IMG/VR virus record: IMGVR_UViG_3300031953_000001
Strand: one strand, 5' to 3'
DNA from: a virus
Lineage: Duplodnaviria > Caudoviricetes
DNA: 64,000 bases
Below are positions 46,261 to 55,110 of the stretch, one piece after another; position 1 is the first letter of the stretch; the number at the start of each line of letters is the position of its first letter. Under the pieces are notes generated by a model. It did not search any database, had not been told where the DNA came from, and saw only the letters and a program-made list of their open reading frames with translations. Made by a program: the position numbers and the translations under genes.

Positions 46261-46449
46261 ATGTTCAAAACCATCACTGATACCCTGAACGATCCTAAAG
46301 TAGCAGGCGCAAGTGGTGCCGTAGCCGGTGTAGCAGTTGCAGGTCTGTTCAGCTTCGGCCGTCGTAAGCTCCGCGAGCGGGCTATCGCTAAAGCCCACAA
46401 GGATGCTGAAGATGCCATAAAAGAAAGTATGGCTGCTGCTGCAAAGTAA
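46261..46449 (+). CDS. small single-pass membrane protein (monocistronic)
   Basis: ATG 46261 after GAAGGA; GxxxG-rich hydrophobic segment then basic residues. Confidence 0.65.
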   Translation: MFKTITDTLNDPKVAGASGAVAGVAVAGLFSFGRRKLRERAIAKAHKDAEDAIKESMAAAAK

Positions 46450-46475
46450 ACCACAGTCGGCGCGATGGTGGTTAT

Positions 46476-46506
46476 AAGAGGGACTCAGGTCCCTCTTCTT
46501 TTTTTT
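46476..46506 (+). terminator. intrinsic terminator
   Basis: AAGAGGGAC-tcag-GTCCCTCTT followed by a T tract. Confidence 0.85.
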
Positions 46507-46630
46507 GTTCAAGCTGTTAATTTGCACACCGATTACGATTGATGTGAGAGTTTGAAGGATACCGCAAACGTGGATCGGCATTCAATTCCTCACCTACGAG
46601 AATAAACGACCTTATTAGGAGCCGTCTTAG

Positions 46631-47302
46631 ATGACTGTATTATCCGATATCAGTATCCGCGATTTGTGCACAGGTGAATTTATAACGCGTTGGACCGAAC
46701 CCGTAGAGTGGGACATGCGTGGCAACGTTAAAACAGAGAGATCTTTGGGGGAGTTGCGCAACCACTCCGGCAAACCGATGATCGCGCCGTTTGTCGATCG
46801 GTCAGTTAAAGTAGACGATCAAGGCAACCCGATCATCTCGTACGGACTGTCCAGTTACGGGTACGACATTCGGTTGTCCAATCGGTTCCGGTTGTTCACC
46901 AAACCCAACGACGGTCGAGTAATCGATCCTAAGAGTTCCAACCACGACGATTTTTCCGAAGCGGTGGTGGCAGACACCATCGTCATACCGCCTGGGGGGT
47001 TGTTGTTAGGTCACAGCGTCGAGACCTTCAGTATTCCTCGTGAGGTGATGGTGGTGTGTTTAGGAAAGTCAACGTACGCAAGATGCGGTGCCTTAGTCAA
47101 CGTGACGCCCTTGGAACCTGAGTGGGAAGGGGAATTGGTCATAGAGATTACCAATGGCACGAACTTGCCGTTGAAGATCTACGCTCACGAAGGCATTGCG
47201 CAATTGATGTTCCACGTCGGTGATCGAGAATGTGAGACCAGCTACAAAGACCGCGGTGGTAAGTACCAAGGCCAATCGGGCGTGACCCTCGCCAGAATCT
47301 AA
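46631..47302 (+). CDS. dcd: dCTP deaminase
   Basis: SYGLSSYGYDIRL, CLGKSTYARCG, NVTPLEPEWEG, EGIAQLMF, Y.DRGGKYQGQ. Confidence 0.95.
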   Translation: MTVLSDISIRDLCTGEFITRWTEPVEWDMRGNVKTERSLGELRNHSGKPMIAPFVDRSVKVDDQGNPIISYGLSSYGYDIRLSNRFRLFTKPNDGRVIDPKSSNHDDFSEAVVADTIVIPPGGLLLGHSVETFSIPREVMVVCLGKSTYARCGALVNVTPLEPEWEGELVIEITNGTNLPLKIYAHEGIAQLMFHVGDRECETSYKDRGGKYQGQSGVTLARI

Positions 47303-47335
47303 TCTTAATTTCAACCCCAACAGAGCAGCAGTACA

Positions 47336-47611
47336 ATGATGTTGAATCAAGGCACACTTCCGTTAGAAACAAACCCCGCTGGACAAACTGAACCGCTTGA
47401 CACCGAAGTTATTTATTCAGGCGAACCACTGCCGATGGAGTTTAGTTTCCCCATCACCTACGTGTACGCCAACGGAGAGTCCGTCGTATGCGATACGAAA
47501 GAGGAAGTGTTGGCAGCGGAACAGTACGACCTTGAGTTGACCATTTACCCCCCGGCTATTGTAATGATTGGATTGATGGTCGCTATGGCCATTGCTATGT
47601 ATTTCTACTGA
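47336..47611 (+). CDS. hypothetical protein with a C-terminal transmembrane helix
   Basis: 91 aa, hydrophobic tail. Confidence 0.55.
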   Translation: MMLNQGTLPLETNPAGQTEPLDTEVIYSGEPLPMEFSFPITYVYANGESVVCDTKEEVLAAEQYDLELTIYPPAIVMIGLMVAMAIAMYFY

Positions 47612-47639
47612 ACAATAAAGACTACGAGGAGTTTGAATC

Positions 47640-47945
47640 ATGATCGTATACGGTAAAGTCACCCACGATATTTTTCATTCTGCAGACGGGTTGTACCACA
47701 TTTTCAATATACGCCGCCATGGGGGGCAACCTCTGGTGGCCACGTACACGGGAGATGCTCCACCTAAGCCACTGAAGACCGTGGAGTACGAATTCCACGG
47801 CGAAGAAGCGGTGCACCCTAAATACGGTAAGCAGTTCGCTGTGACGTCGTATTGCCGAAGTACCGTTAAAGGCGAGTCTCCCGCACTCAATTACCGCCTT
47901 AAACGTCTTGATCAAACCGCCGCACACCACATGAGAGACTTGTAA
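47640..47945 (+). CDS. stand-alone RecD2-like N-terminal OB domain
   Basis: YGKVTHDIF...YEFHG...HPKYGKQF; GAGGAG RBS. Confidence 0.6.
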   Translation: MIVYGKVTHDIFHSADGLYHIFNIRRHGGQPLVATYTGDAPPKPLKTVEYEFHGEEAVHPKYGKQFAVTSYCRSTVKGESPALNYRLKRLDQTAAHHMRDL

Positions 47946-47975
47946 GGTCGTGGTGTACAAAAAGGAATCTGCACC

Positions 47976-48242
47976 ATGAGTGATGACAACTACCAAGATT
48001 TGGGCTTAGACGACATAGCCCCTATGCAGCTGTCGGAGCTGTCGGTCGAAGCTCAGGCACAGCAAGCATTTCACCGCATAGCGCCTAAGGTGCCTGAGGA
48101 GCTCTCTGAGCGCTTTGTACAGTTAGGTATGGAAGCGTGCAAGCGCATTGCTGCAAACCGCCCTGGTGGCGTTGTCAGCACCGACGAGCTGGTTACGGAG
48201 TTTGAGTCTATCTTACGGGGATTGATCACAGACTCCCGCTAG
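47976..48242 (+). CDS. hypothetical protein
   Basis: 88 aa, AAGGA RBS. Confidence 0.6.
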   Translation: MSDDNYQDLGLDDIAPMQLSELSVEAQAQQAFHRIAPKVPEELSERFVQLGMEACKRIAANRPGGVVSTDELVTEFESILRGLITDSR

Positions 48243-48260
48243 GCAACCTTAAGGTGACCG

Positions 48261-48434
48261 ATGAGTTTGAAACGTTCTTCCCAAACCAAACGCCGACCGT
48301 CTGCGGGTGAATTAAAACGCCGAGAACTGCAAGGGTATTTGGACAAGTTACAACAAGTGCCCAACAAAACCTCTCAAGACACCGACCTGATCCACGAGTT
48401 ACACGTCGCTTTAACCCGATTAAAACAGCGGTAG
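48261..48434 (+). CDS. small basic hypothetical protein (57 aa, not in the ORF track)
   Basis: ATG 48261 after AAGGTG, TAG 48432-48434 inside the terminator. Confidence 0.5.
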   Translation: MSLKRSSQTKRRPSAGELKRRELQGYLDKLQQVPNKTSQDTDLIHELHVALTRLKQR

Positions 48435-48458
48435 GGTTCGCCCTACTGCTGTATGCCC
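48425..48458 (+). terminator. hairpin terminator with TATGCCC tail
   Basis: ACAGCGGTAGGG-ttcg-CCCTACTGCTGT then ATGCCC. Confidence 0.75.
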
Positions 48459-48479
48459 AATCCGATTGAACGATTTTAT

Positions 48480-48500
48480 AAACCTATATCACACAGGTAG
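48480..48500 (+). promoter_or_regulatory. putative early promoter
   Basis: AAACCTATATCACACAGGTAG. Confidence 0.65.
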
Positions 48501-48555
48501 CACACGTGTGCCGCTCTGTCGATTCGTAATACCCCACCCTGTACGGAGAACACCC

Positions 48556-48873
48556 ATGAAAGCCTACGTCCAGAAAGTAAAAGAAGCCGGTATCCATAAC
48601 CAAACGGTTTACGGCAATCCGGATACCGCCACCTTAAGAGCCCACATCGCCCGCCAGATGCGCGATTTGGTTTCTGATGTAGTTGAACAACAAGTGCGAG
48701 ACGGCGCCTTCGATCGTCTAACCTTGCCTGAGTTGCAACTGTTAACCTTACGCCTGCCTGAGTTGTCTGCCGACGACTTCCAGATAGTAGACGCGATAGT
48801 GGATGCAGTAATACCCCCACCTTCTGAGGACACCATCACGCTGCGCAACCGTGGCGTTAACATTCCAGAGTAA
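48556..48873 (+). CDS. hypothetical early protein
   Basis: ATG 48556 after GGAG. Confidence 0.65.
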   Translation: MKAYVQKVKEAGIHNQTVYGNPDTATLRAHIARQMRDLVSDVVEQQVRDGAFDRLTLPELQLLTLRLPELSADDFQIVDAIVDAVIPPPSEDTITLRNRGVNIPE

Positions 48874-48943
48874 TGCACATCTTCGGAGAAGTGGGTTCGC
48901 CCACTTTCTCCATCCCTTTTCTTTTTTCGATAAGGAAACCTGT

Positions 48944-50080
48944 ATGTCCCTACGTGAACAGATGCTGCAACACCGAGTAGATGCCTTAGAAGAGGCCGTT
49001 GAGAACTTAATCGTAACCATTCAGACGCACCTACCCAGCGCAGGCGGTATGGCAGACAACGCTCGATCGGCTATCTATTCGGCCGGCGCGTACGTTGAAA
49101 CAATGGTCGCTCAAACACTCGCCGCACCTAGAGTCGCGCGCAGGGCAAGTCACGATAAGGTATTAAGCAACGGAGATCTTGGTCGACTAATGCGGATCTA
49201 CATTCCCCTGTTGTTGGAATGTGACCCAGAGCAGCGGTTCTTAAAACGAACCGACCGGGATAGAGGTAGGAGAGATTTGTCGGATACATACACCTTGGAT
49301 CTTTCATCGATACCTAAAGCTGCTCACACCCCAGTACCCCATTCCCACACAACGGCGAACAACGACCATACGAGAATGGCGTTGCGCGTTTCAAATAAAA
49401 TACAAGGTATGTGGTTCGCTACTTGCATCTCAGGCACTGAGTTGTATCACGACGAATGGTCGAGTTACTCAACTGAGTACGATGGCGTTGCCATGTCGTT
49501 GTTTGAAAAAGAGCTCATCGAAGCCATATCACAGATCTTTAAAGTCCTGAACCGATCGGATGCGATGATCGACCCCAACTTCGATCTGCACGGTAGAAAC
49601 GGTGTGAACCACAAGTTGACCTTATCCCACGACACCTGGCGTCGGGAAGCGATCTTGCTGGGGACAGCCATTGAGGGACAAGGAGTGACCCTCGCCTCTA
49701 AATCTTCCAACGAGGACGTCATCCCCAACCTAAGGATCACGTTGTGGAAAGACCTCCCCGACAAAGCCATAACGATCGCAATCGGACCTCAACACGGAGA
49801 CACCTTCGTACTGAAAGTCTTCCGTGACCAACAAATTCTATCGCTACGTAAGTACGACGGTATCGATCAAGAGTTGCGCCCAAGTGATCTGAATGTACTC
49901 GATCGTGCTCGACTCAAACTGCTGATTGAATTTGTCGTGGCGCTGATGCGAGGCGAACATACGGGTACCGACTTATCGTTCCGTGATCCCACTGGGATTC
50001 AGGTGGACTGGGACGTTACCGTCATTCCGACCCCAGACATCGAAGACGCTCAAGACGAAAACTATTCGCTTCCTACGTGA
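48944..50080 (+). CDS. hypothetical protein
   Basis: ATG 48944 after AAGGA; about 378 aa. Confidence 0.7.
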   Translation: MSLREQMLQHRVDALEEAVENLIVTIQTHLPSAGGMADNARSAIYSAGAYVETMVAQTLAAPRVARRASHDKVLSNGDLGRLMRIYIPLLLECDPEQRFLKRTDRDRGRRDLSDTYTLDLSSIPKAAHTPVPHSHTTANNDHTRMALRVSNKIQGMWFATCISGTELYHDEWSSYSTEYDGVAMSLFEKELIEAISQIFKVLNRSDAMIDPNFDLHGRNGVNHKLTLSHDTWRREAILLGTAIEGQGVTLASKSSNEDVIPNLRITLWKDLPDKAITIAIGPQHGDTFVLKVFRDQQILSLRKYDGIDQELRPSDLNVLDRARLKLLIEFVVALMRGEHTGTDLSFRDPTGIQVDWDVTVIPTPDIEDAQDENYSLPT

Positions 50081-50132
50081 GGTAACTGTATCGCAGCCAC
50101 ACTAGATGTGACTCCATAGTGCTGAGGCGTAA

Positions 50133-50166
50133 CGCATAAGGGGAGCTTCGGTTCCCCTTATTTTTT
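50133..50166 (+). terminator. intrinsic terminator
   Basis: TAAGGGGAGC-ttcg-GTTCCCCTTA followed by T6. Confidence 0.8.
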
Positions 50167-50169
50167 GTC

Positions 50170-50177
50170 ATGGTATG
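50170..50177 (+). promoter_or_regulatory. putative late promoter core ATGGTATG
   Basis: Immediately after the terminator, upstream of ATG 50215. Confidence 0.55.
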
Positions 50178-50214
50178 GCCGAAGACCTATATTCTTCTAA
50201 CCGAGGATACACGT

Positions 50215-50643
50215 ATGCTACGCAGACACTTCTTTGAAGAGAACGCCCCCTCCTTGGAGTCGGCGGATGAAACCATTGAGCAGCGCATCGATGCGATGGC
50301 AAAACTCAAGGATGTAAACGACAAGAGCTTCAACGCAGTCAACTGGCAGATCGCTATGGACCACATCGTTCAGAAGAGCGATAAGGCGTCCGCTAAGACA
50401 TTGGTTGGGTTGTTGACGAAGGGTATGACAGACACCCTTGAGAAAGCCGTCACGGAAGGCTCACTGGCTGACAGCGATTTGCCCAGCGCCGAGCAACGCG
50501 ACCGGCTGATCGATCTTGGACTGATGTCCCTGGTTTCGGAGAAAGGCAAGAAGATGAATGCCGTCTCCATGGTTGGGTTTAAGTTCTGGGACTTGGCTGG
50601 GGGTGACACCGCAGCGAAAGACGACAAGGACGACGGCGACTGA
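50215..50643 (+). CDS. probable head-packaged protein with SLE propeptide and a winged-helix-like region
   Basis: MLRRHFFEENAPSLE N-terminus; GAGGA RBS; late motif upstream. Confidence 0.6.
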   Translation: MLRRHFFEENAPSLESADETIEQRIDAMAKLKDVNDKSFNAVNWQIAMDHIVQKSDKASAKTLVGLLTKGMTDTLEKAVTEGSLADSDLPSAEQRDRLIDLGLMSLVSEKGKKMNAVSMVGFKFWDLAGGDTAAKDDKDDGD

Positions 50644-50647
50644 CCGC

Positions 50648-50684
50648 CGGCATAGGGGAGGGCGACGGCCCTCCCCTTATGTCG
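50648..50684. terminator. bidirectional terminator
   Basis: CGGCAT-AGGGGAGGGC-gacg-GCCCTCCCCT-TATGTCG. Confidence 0.8.
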
Positions 50685-50687
50685 TTT

Positions 50688-51047
50688 TTACGTTTTGCTG
50701 GTCAAATCGATCTCTGTTGAGACGCCTGTGGGTTTTTGGCGGGAAGGTTCTCCTCCAGGGTCGCCACCGATCCTTCCTTTGAGGTCGGGGTTCAACGCCG
50801 CACCGGTTAATAAAGCCCCAAACGCCAAATGGAACAGTCCTGAACCGCGGAGTGTAAACGGCTCGTACCCATTGCCCACCACGGATACAACCTGACTCTG
50901 TATTCCAACGTCCATGCCTTTGATCTGATCAATCAACACCACCAAATCCAATCGGTTCAACCCCACCCATGCTGGGAATACCACAAAATCGCACAGACAG
51001 ATCAACGTATAAACAAACGCCGCCGCCGGTTTCCAGTGAGTTACCAT
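50688..51047 (-). CDS. putative holin (GTA 3TM holin-like family)
   Basis: WKPAAAFVYTLICLCDFVVFP...YEPFTLRGSGLFHLAFGALL. Confidence 0.7.
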   Translation of the reverse strand: MVTHWKPAAAFVYTLICLCDFVVFPAWVGLNRLDLVVLIDQIKGMDVGIQSQVVSVVGNGYEPFTLRGSGLFHLAFGALLTGAALNPDLKGRIGGDPGGEPSRQKPTGVSTEIDLTSKT

Positions 51048-51098
51048 CCAGTTATGTACTTTCATACCCTATTCCTATTTAAGAACATACATACCAAA

Positions 51099-51129
51099 CG
51101 GCATAAGGGACGGCCGAAGCCGCCCTTAA
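51099..51129 (-). terminator. minus-strand hairpin terminator with TATGCCG tail
   Basis: UUCG loop on the minus strand; CGGCATA on + strand. Confidence 0.75.
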
Positions 51130-51138
51130 GAATACTGG

Positions 51139-52413
51139 TTACTTTTCGTAGTTGGCCAGGCCTCGTTCGCAGTACTCAATCATCGCTCGACTGGTCTGGA
51201 AGATGTAGCCGTACGCTTCAATGATGTTGTCCAGGAGGTACTCCATCCACACGGTGACGTTGTTACCGAAGTAATTGCCGATCATCACCTCAGCAATATC
51301 GATTAGGCCTTCTTTACCGTTGAAGATTTTACCCACCGGCAGCTTTTGTTGAATCAGTGGCAGATTGCCTTTGGCCTTGGACATCTCACTGGCGTCGGTA
51401 AGAAGGACTTCACCTTTATCCACCATGTCTTCCAATGAGGATACCGAGGCCTTAGCGAATGCAACCAAGGTTCGCATCTGATCCATCGTGGGGGCGGTTA
51501 CCTGGTCCTTCTCACGATACGTGCCGAAGGCATTGGCGTTGAACACCGAGATCTGAGTCAAAGGCACATCCCGAGACGACATGGCGATGGTGAATTGAGT
51601 CAGCTTGGCGGTCTTCATCATTTGTCCACCCGGCAGAACGGTGCCGTCCAGACCCTTAACCGCTGAGATATACCCTTCGATTTCTTTCTCAATGGCTACT
51701 TTAGAAGACGTCTGAAGCTTTACAATCTGGTCTTTCTCAGTCTTAGCGTTGAATTTAAAGATCTCTTTCTGAGTGGTCTCGATCCGATCCAACAGACCGC
51801 GTCCAAATTGGGTGGTTTCTGCAACAAACGCCGTGGTGGCTTCGATGGACTTGGCGTAGTTATCAACCAGGTCCTTAGGTTCCATGCTGGTTTTGATGTG
51901 CAGCCGAGAGCCACCGGCCACTTTGATGGTGTCTTTAATAGGAACGGCTTTTCGATCTATGTCGTCTAAGCCCCTGAGAACGTCTTCAGCACGTTTTTCC
52001 AATCCTTCGTACGACCCAGTAATGCTTGTAGTAAAGTCCTTCCAGCCGCGCTGTATGCGCCCACCAGCGTTCAACGTGGCCCGTCCGATCCGTTTGACCA
52101 GATTGATCATGCCTTCTTGAGAGAACTCGGCTTCGACGGCAAACTCAGCGCCAAAGAAATTCTCCAAGGTCAAACGATAGCTTGCTTCAAGACCGTCGAT
52201 TGATCCGTTGCTTTCCAAGGTGGCGGCGTACAGATTTGAGAAAGCTTCGATCGATTGTTGGGCGCGGGTTAGACTCTCCATCTGAAGCGTCGCTAACCTA
52301 ACCTCGTTGCCAGCTTCAATCACCCGCTCAGCGGCGCGTTCGCCTGAGATGCGGTCTTCCAGAGTCATCGCAATGTGAGGCTCTGGGCGAAACAGTTCTG
52401 CGGCTAATCGCAT
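51139..52413 (-). CDS. internal head protein, paralog 4 (separated from the cluster)
   Basis: TLE/GLE/SQE sites, GGSRLHI, LPGG; ATG 52413 (MRLAAE) after AAGGA. Confidence 0.7.
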   Translation of the reverse strand: MRLAAELFRPEPHIAMTLEDRISGERAAERVIEAGNEVRLATLQMESLTRAQQSIEAFSNLYAATLESNGSIDGLEASYRLTLENFFGAEFAVEAEFSQEGMINLVKRIGRATLNAGGRIQRGWKDFTTSITGSYEGLEKRAEDVLRGLDDIDRKAVPIKDTIKVAGGSRLHIKTSMEPKDLVDNYAKSIEATTAFVAETTQFGRGLLDRIETTQKEIFKFNAKTEKDQIVKLQTSSKVAIEKEIEGYISAVKGLDGTVLPGGQMMKTAKLTQFTIAMSSRDVPLTQISVFNANAFGTYREKDQVTAPTMDQMRTLVAFAKASVSSLEDMVDKGEVLLTDASEMSKAKGNLPLIQQKLPVGKIFNGKEGLIDIAEVMIGNYFGNNVTVWMEYLLDNIIEAYGYIFQTSRAMIEYCERGLANYEK

Positions 52414-52449
52414 GGGTTGTATCCTTTTAGTGAGAATTGATGAGAGTGC

Positions 52450-52457
52450 CATACCAT
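52450..52457 (-). promoter_or_regulatory. putative late promoter core ATGGTATG
   Basis: CATACCAT on + strand between a terminator and the 52413 start. Confidence 0.55.
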
Positions 52458-52459
52458 GA

Positions 52460-52490
52460 CGGACATAAGAAAGGGTCCGAAGACCCCTTC
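52460..52490 (-). terminator. minus-strand hairpin terminator with TATGTCC tail
   Basis: AAGGGTC-cgaa-GACCCCTT, GGACATA on its left. Confidence 0.65.
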
Positions 52491-52502
52491 CTGTGTTAAA
52501 CG

Positions 52503-52754
52503 TTATACCCGAGGTTTCCCGTGAGGGCCTTCGTCAGGTCCAAGGGCCTCCAGGCAAGTCATAGTGTCACGCTGCAACTCTTCGGCACGAACCAACAGCG
52601 ACACTATGGCTTCATTGTTGACGCGGATGCGGTCGTTGGCCGGGCAGTTACCCGTCAGTTTAAGGGTTTTGGCTCTCAACTCCCGTTGCAGTTGAGACAA
52701 GAGCGTCTCTAACTTGTGTCCGTCGGGGTTATCCACACTCATTAAGATTGGCAT
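52503..52754 (-). CDS. small hypothetical protein
   Basis: 83 aa, GAGG RBS on the minus strand. Confidence 0.65.
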   Translation of the reverse strand: MPILMSVDNPDGHKLETLLSQLQRELRAKTLKLTGNCPANDRIRVNNEAIVSLLVRAEELQRDTMTCLEALGPDEGPHGKPRV

Positions 52755-52766
52755 ACGCTCGCCTCT

Positions 52767-54287
52767 TTAGGTGAAGTCAATCTGCATTCCCGCCTCAGCG
52801 GTGGTGAGGGATTCGAACGACGAGTCGTCGACGTGCAAGTCATCGGGTACATACGCAACTTCTTGGAACGGCAGATAGAAGTGACGGTACTTCAGTGGGG
52901 TGGCTTTCACTGTCCGGTGCTTTCCGCGGTGAATGGCCAGGTAGTGTTTCTTATCCCGTTCTACAATGTCCACGAAGATTTCAAGATCGGCCTCGTTGGC
53001 AATGCGCTTAGAACCGTCCCAGTAGTTCTTACCCGCGATCTCTGCCACAAAGTTCGCCACCCCTGAGCGTTTCACGGCCATGGCCTCTTGCGACAGCTGA
53101 TGGGGGGTAACAAACAGAATGTTGCGCGCCGACATGAACGTCCGCACCCGTTGCATCAGCATGCGGATGTCTTCACCGATCATCCCCGACTGACACCCTT
53201 TGCGGTTGATCATCGCCAGGTAATCGAAGTAGATGGCGTGTACTTCACAACCTTCCGACTCGTACCTCAGAACCGTGTTGTACAGTTCCTGATAGGTGAA
53301 CTGACTGGGGTCCAACCGAATCATCTCGACGTTCCAGCCACGGGCGGTCAGCTTTTCAGCAACGTAGCCGGCGGCTTCGTCTTTATCGATTCGGGTAATG
53401 TCCACCGCGGTGCCGGTTTCATTCTCTTTAAGCGCCACGTACATCCGGATCAGGTCTTCTTCAGCGCGGTTCTCACTGGAGAAGTACAGGATGGTGGGCT
53501 TTTTATTCTCAGTTTCTTGGATGGGGTCGTTGTGAATGCACGCATGACGGAACAGATCGTGCACCAAACCAGACTTGTAACAGTGGGTCAACCCCCCCGC
53601 TAGTACGAACATACCTCGACGCATCTGACCGCTTTCGCCCATCATGCGATTGAATGCTTGCCAGCCGCTCTTAAAGCCACCGCTGCCCTCGTTGTCTTCT
53701 TTGGCTTTCTCTAATACGCTTTTCAAGCTCTCTGGGTCGCTCATGCTCATTAAGTTGATAATAAACTCCTGTTGATTTTTGCTCCAACCGTTAGAAAAGG
53801 CCTCTAGATCGGCCACCAAGTTCTCGACGTACTTCCTCCAATCCAGAGGCTTCTTGTTATAAAACAGCTCTCTATGCGCTTTGTGGACAATCTCACGGAT
53901 GGCCCACTGGTGTAAGAATTGCTTCAACTCGGTGTTCAGACCCCCACACAACTTGATCAAAGACTCATCGTCAACGGCGTGGTACCGGTCCACGTCTTCA
54001 AACGCCTGGAACACCGTGAAGTCTTCCCCAGCATTTAACCGCACACGTTGCAGCAGGGCGTTGAAATCAAACGGTTCGCTCTCAGGTTGATCGCACATCC
54101 ACATCACCGTTTCACGCAGACCCACGATGACGTTGCGGCCGCTGTCGGTCTCGGTGATCTGCTCAGGAAGCTTTAAGCGGGAGATGATGTCTTGAGCAAT
54201 GTCGATGCTGCGGTGGGTGGTGCGCTTGCACAGTCCTTCACAGTACAATAGGGTGATGATCTTAATCAGAACCAGTTTGGAGTCCAT
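52767..54287 (-). CDS. dnaB: replicative DnaB-like helicase (phiKZ gp118-like)
   Basis: GFKSGWQAFNRM, GGLTHCYKS, SSEN, YFDYL, TPHQLS, GKHR; ATG 54287 after GAAGGA; divergent from the capsid operon. Confidence 0.85.
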   Translation of the reverse strand: MDSKLVLIKIITLLYCEGLCKRTTHRSIDIAQDIISRLKLPEQITETDSGRNVIVGLRETVMWMCDQPESEPFDFNALLQRVRLNAGEDFTVFQAFEDVDRYHAVDDESLIKLCGGLNTELKQFLHQWAIREIVHKAHRELFYNKKPLDWRKYVENLVADLEAFSNGWSKNQQEFIINLMSMSDPESLKSVLEKAKEDNEGSGGFKSGWQAFNRMMGESGQMRRGMFVLAGGLTHCYKSGLVHDLFRHACIHNDPIQETENKKPTILYFSSENRAEEDLIRMYVALKENETGTAVDITRIDKDEAAGYVAEKLTARGWNVEMIRLDPSQFTYQELYNTVLRYESEGCEVHAIYFDYLAMINRKGCQSGMIGEDIRMLMQRVRTFMSARNILFVTPHQLSQEAMAVKRSGVANFVAEIAGKNYWDGSKRIANEADLEIFVDIVERDKKHYLAIHRGKHRTVKATPLKYRHFYLPFQEVAYVPDDLHVDDSSFESLTTAEAGMQIDFT

Positions 54288-54453
54288 TGTTCGTCCTTCG
54301 TTGTTACTTAATCGAGTGTCGATGTGACCGCTGCGAATCGTCACTCGAGAGTAGAAAATTGTTCGAGCTATACCATCCCCAAGTCCCATCCAATTTGAAT
54401 AATGCACCATAATGTGATGCAGACCTTTATGAACAAGTCGAAGGGAGCCTACC

Positions 54454-55017
54454 ATGCGACTGATTTGCGTACCTCTGTGGCTGTCACAGACCCTAACCTA
54501 CCACGGCCTGCCGGAGAGCGCATTGTTGAATGAGGCAGCGCTCTCTCCCTACATGCCTAAAAAGGACTTGGATTGCTACAATGATCTGAGCCTGGATGCA
54601 AACGAGTACCTCGAGAAGACCTTTGGTATCCAGAACTTGGTGCACCACGCGTCTGCTCCTGTGCGGGTTGATCGACCGTTTGGTCAATCCAGTGACGTAA
54701 AGGCCAGCTTAGCTGCCCGGATCGTCCGCGATCTCGAGATCAGTCAAGGAACTAAGGGTTTAGATTACGCCATGGTTGGACGGCACTTACCGTCCGGTTA
54801 TGTCTGGTCAATGACGGCCCGCCCTCTTAACAGCACCCAAGGCGACGGTGCGATTGGGTTGTTTGTGTATTTAATAGAAGGCACGTCCGCTGACAAAATA
54901 GAAGCCGATACGGTATTTTTGTCCGAACTGCTGGAACTATTGTATGCACACAATCTAACCATCGACAGGCTGGCGCAGTCCGGCTTACTTGGGGCTTACA
55001 TTAATCGCCTAACCTAA
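54454..55017 (+). CDS. conserved protein upstream of the capsid gene (phiKZ gp119-like position)
   Basis: 187 aa, GGGAG RBS. Confidence 0.6.
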   Translation: MRLICVPLWLSQTLTYHGLPESALLNEAALSPYMPKKDLDCYNDLSLDANEYLEKTFGIQNLVHHASAPVRVDRPFGQSSDVKASLAARIVRDLEISQGTKGLDYAMVGRHLPSGYVWSMTARPLNSTQGDGAIGLFVYLIEGTSADKIEADTVFLSELLELLYAHNLTIDRLAQSGLLGAYINRLT

Positions 55018-55110
55018 GCTTGGTGATAAGCGCCGCCATTGTATAGTGGCGGCTTTGAAATCCAGCTACTGGCCCATTAGATTTCTTTTGAGCAAAAGGA
55101 ACCAAACAGC

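Noticed and set aside
46631-47302. dCTP deaminase as an anti-phage defence gene
   Set aside because: It is a standard trimeric Dcd-type sequence, not the CMP/dCMP-deaminase plus kinase architecture of defensive enzymes, and it fits the phage dTTP pathway.
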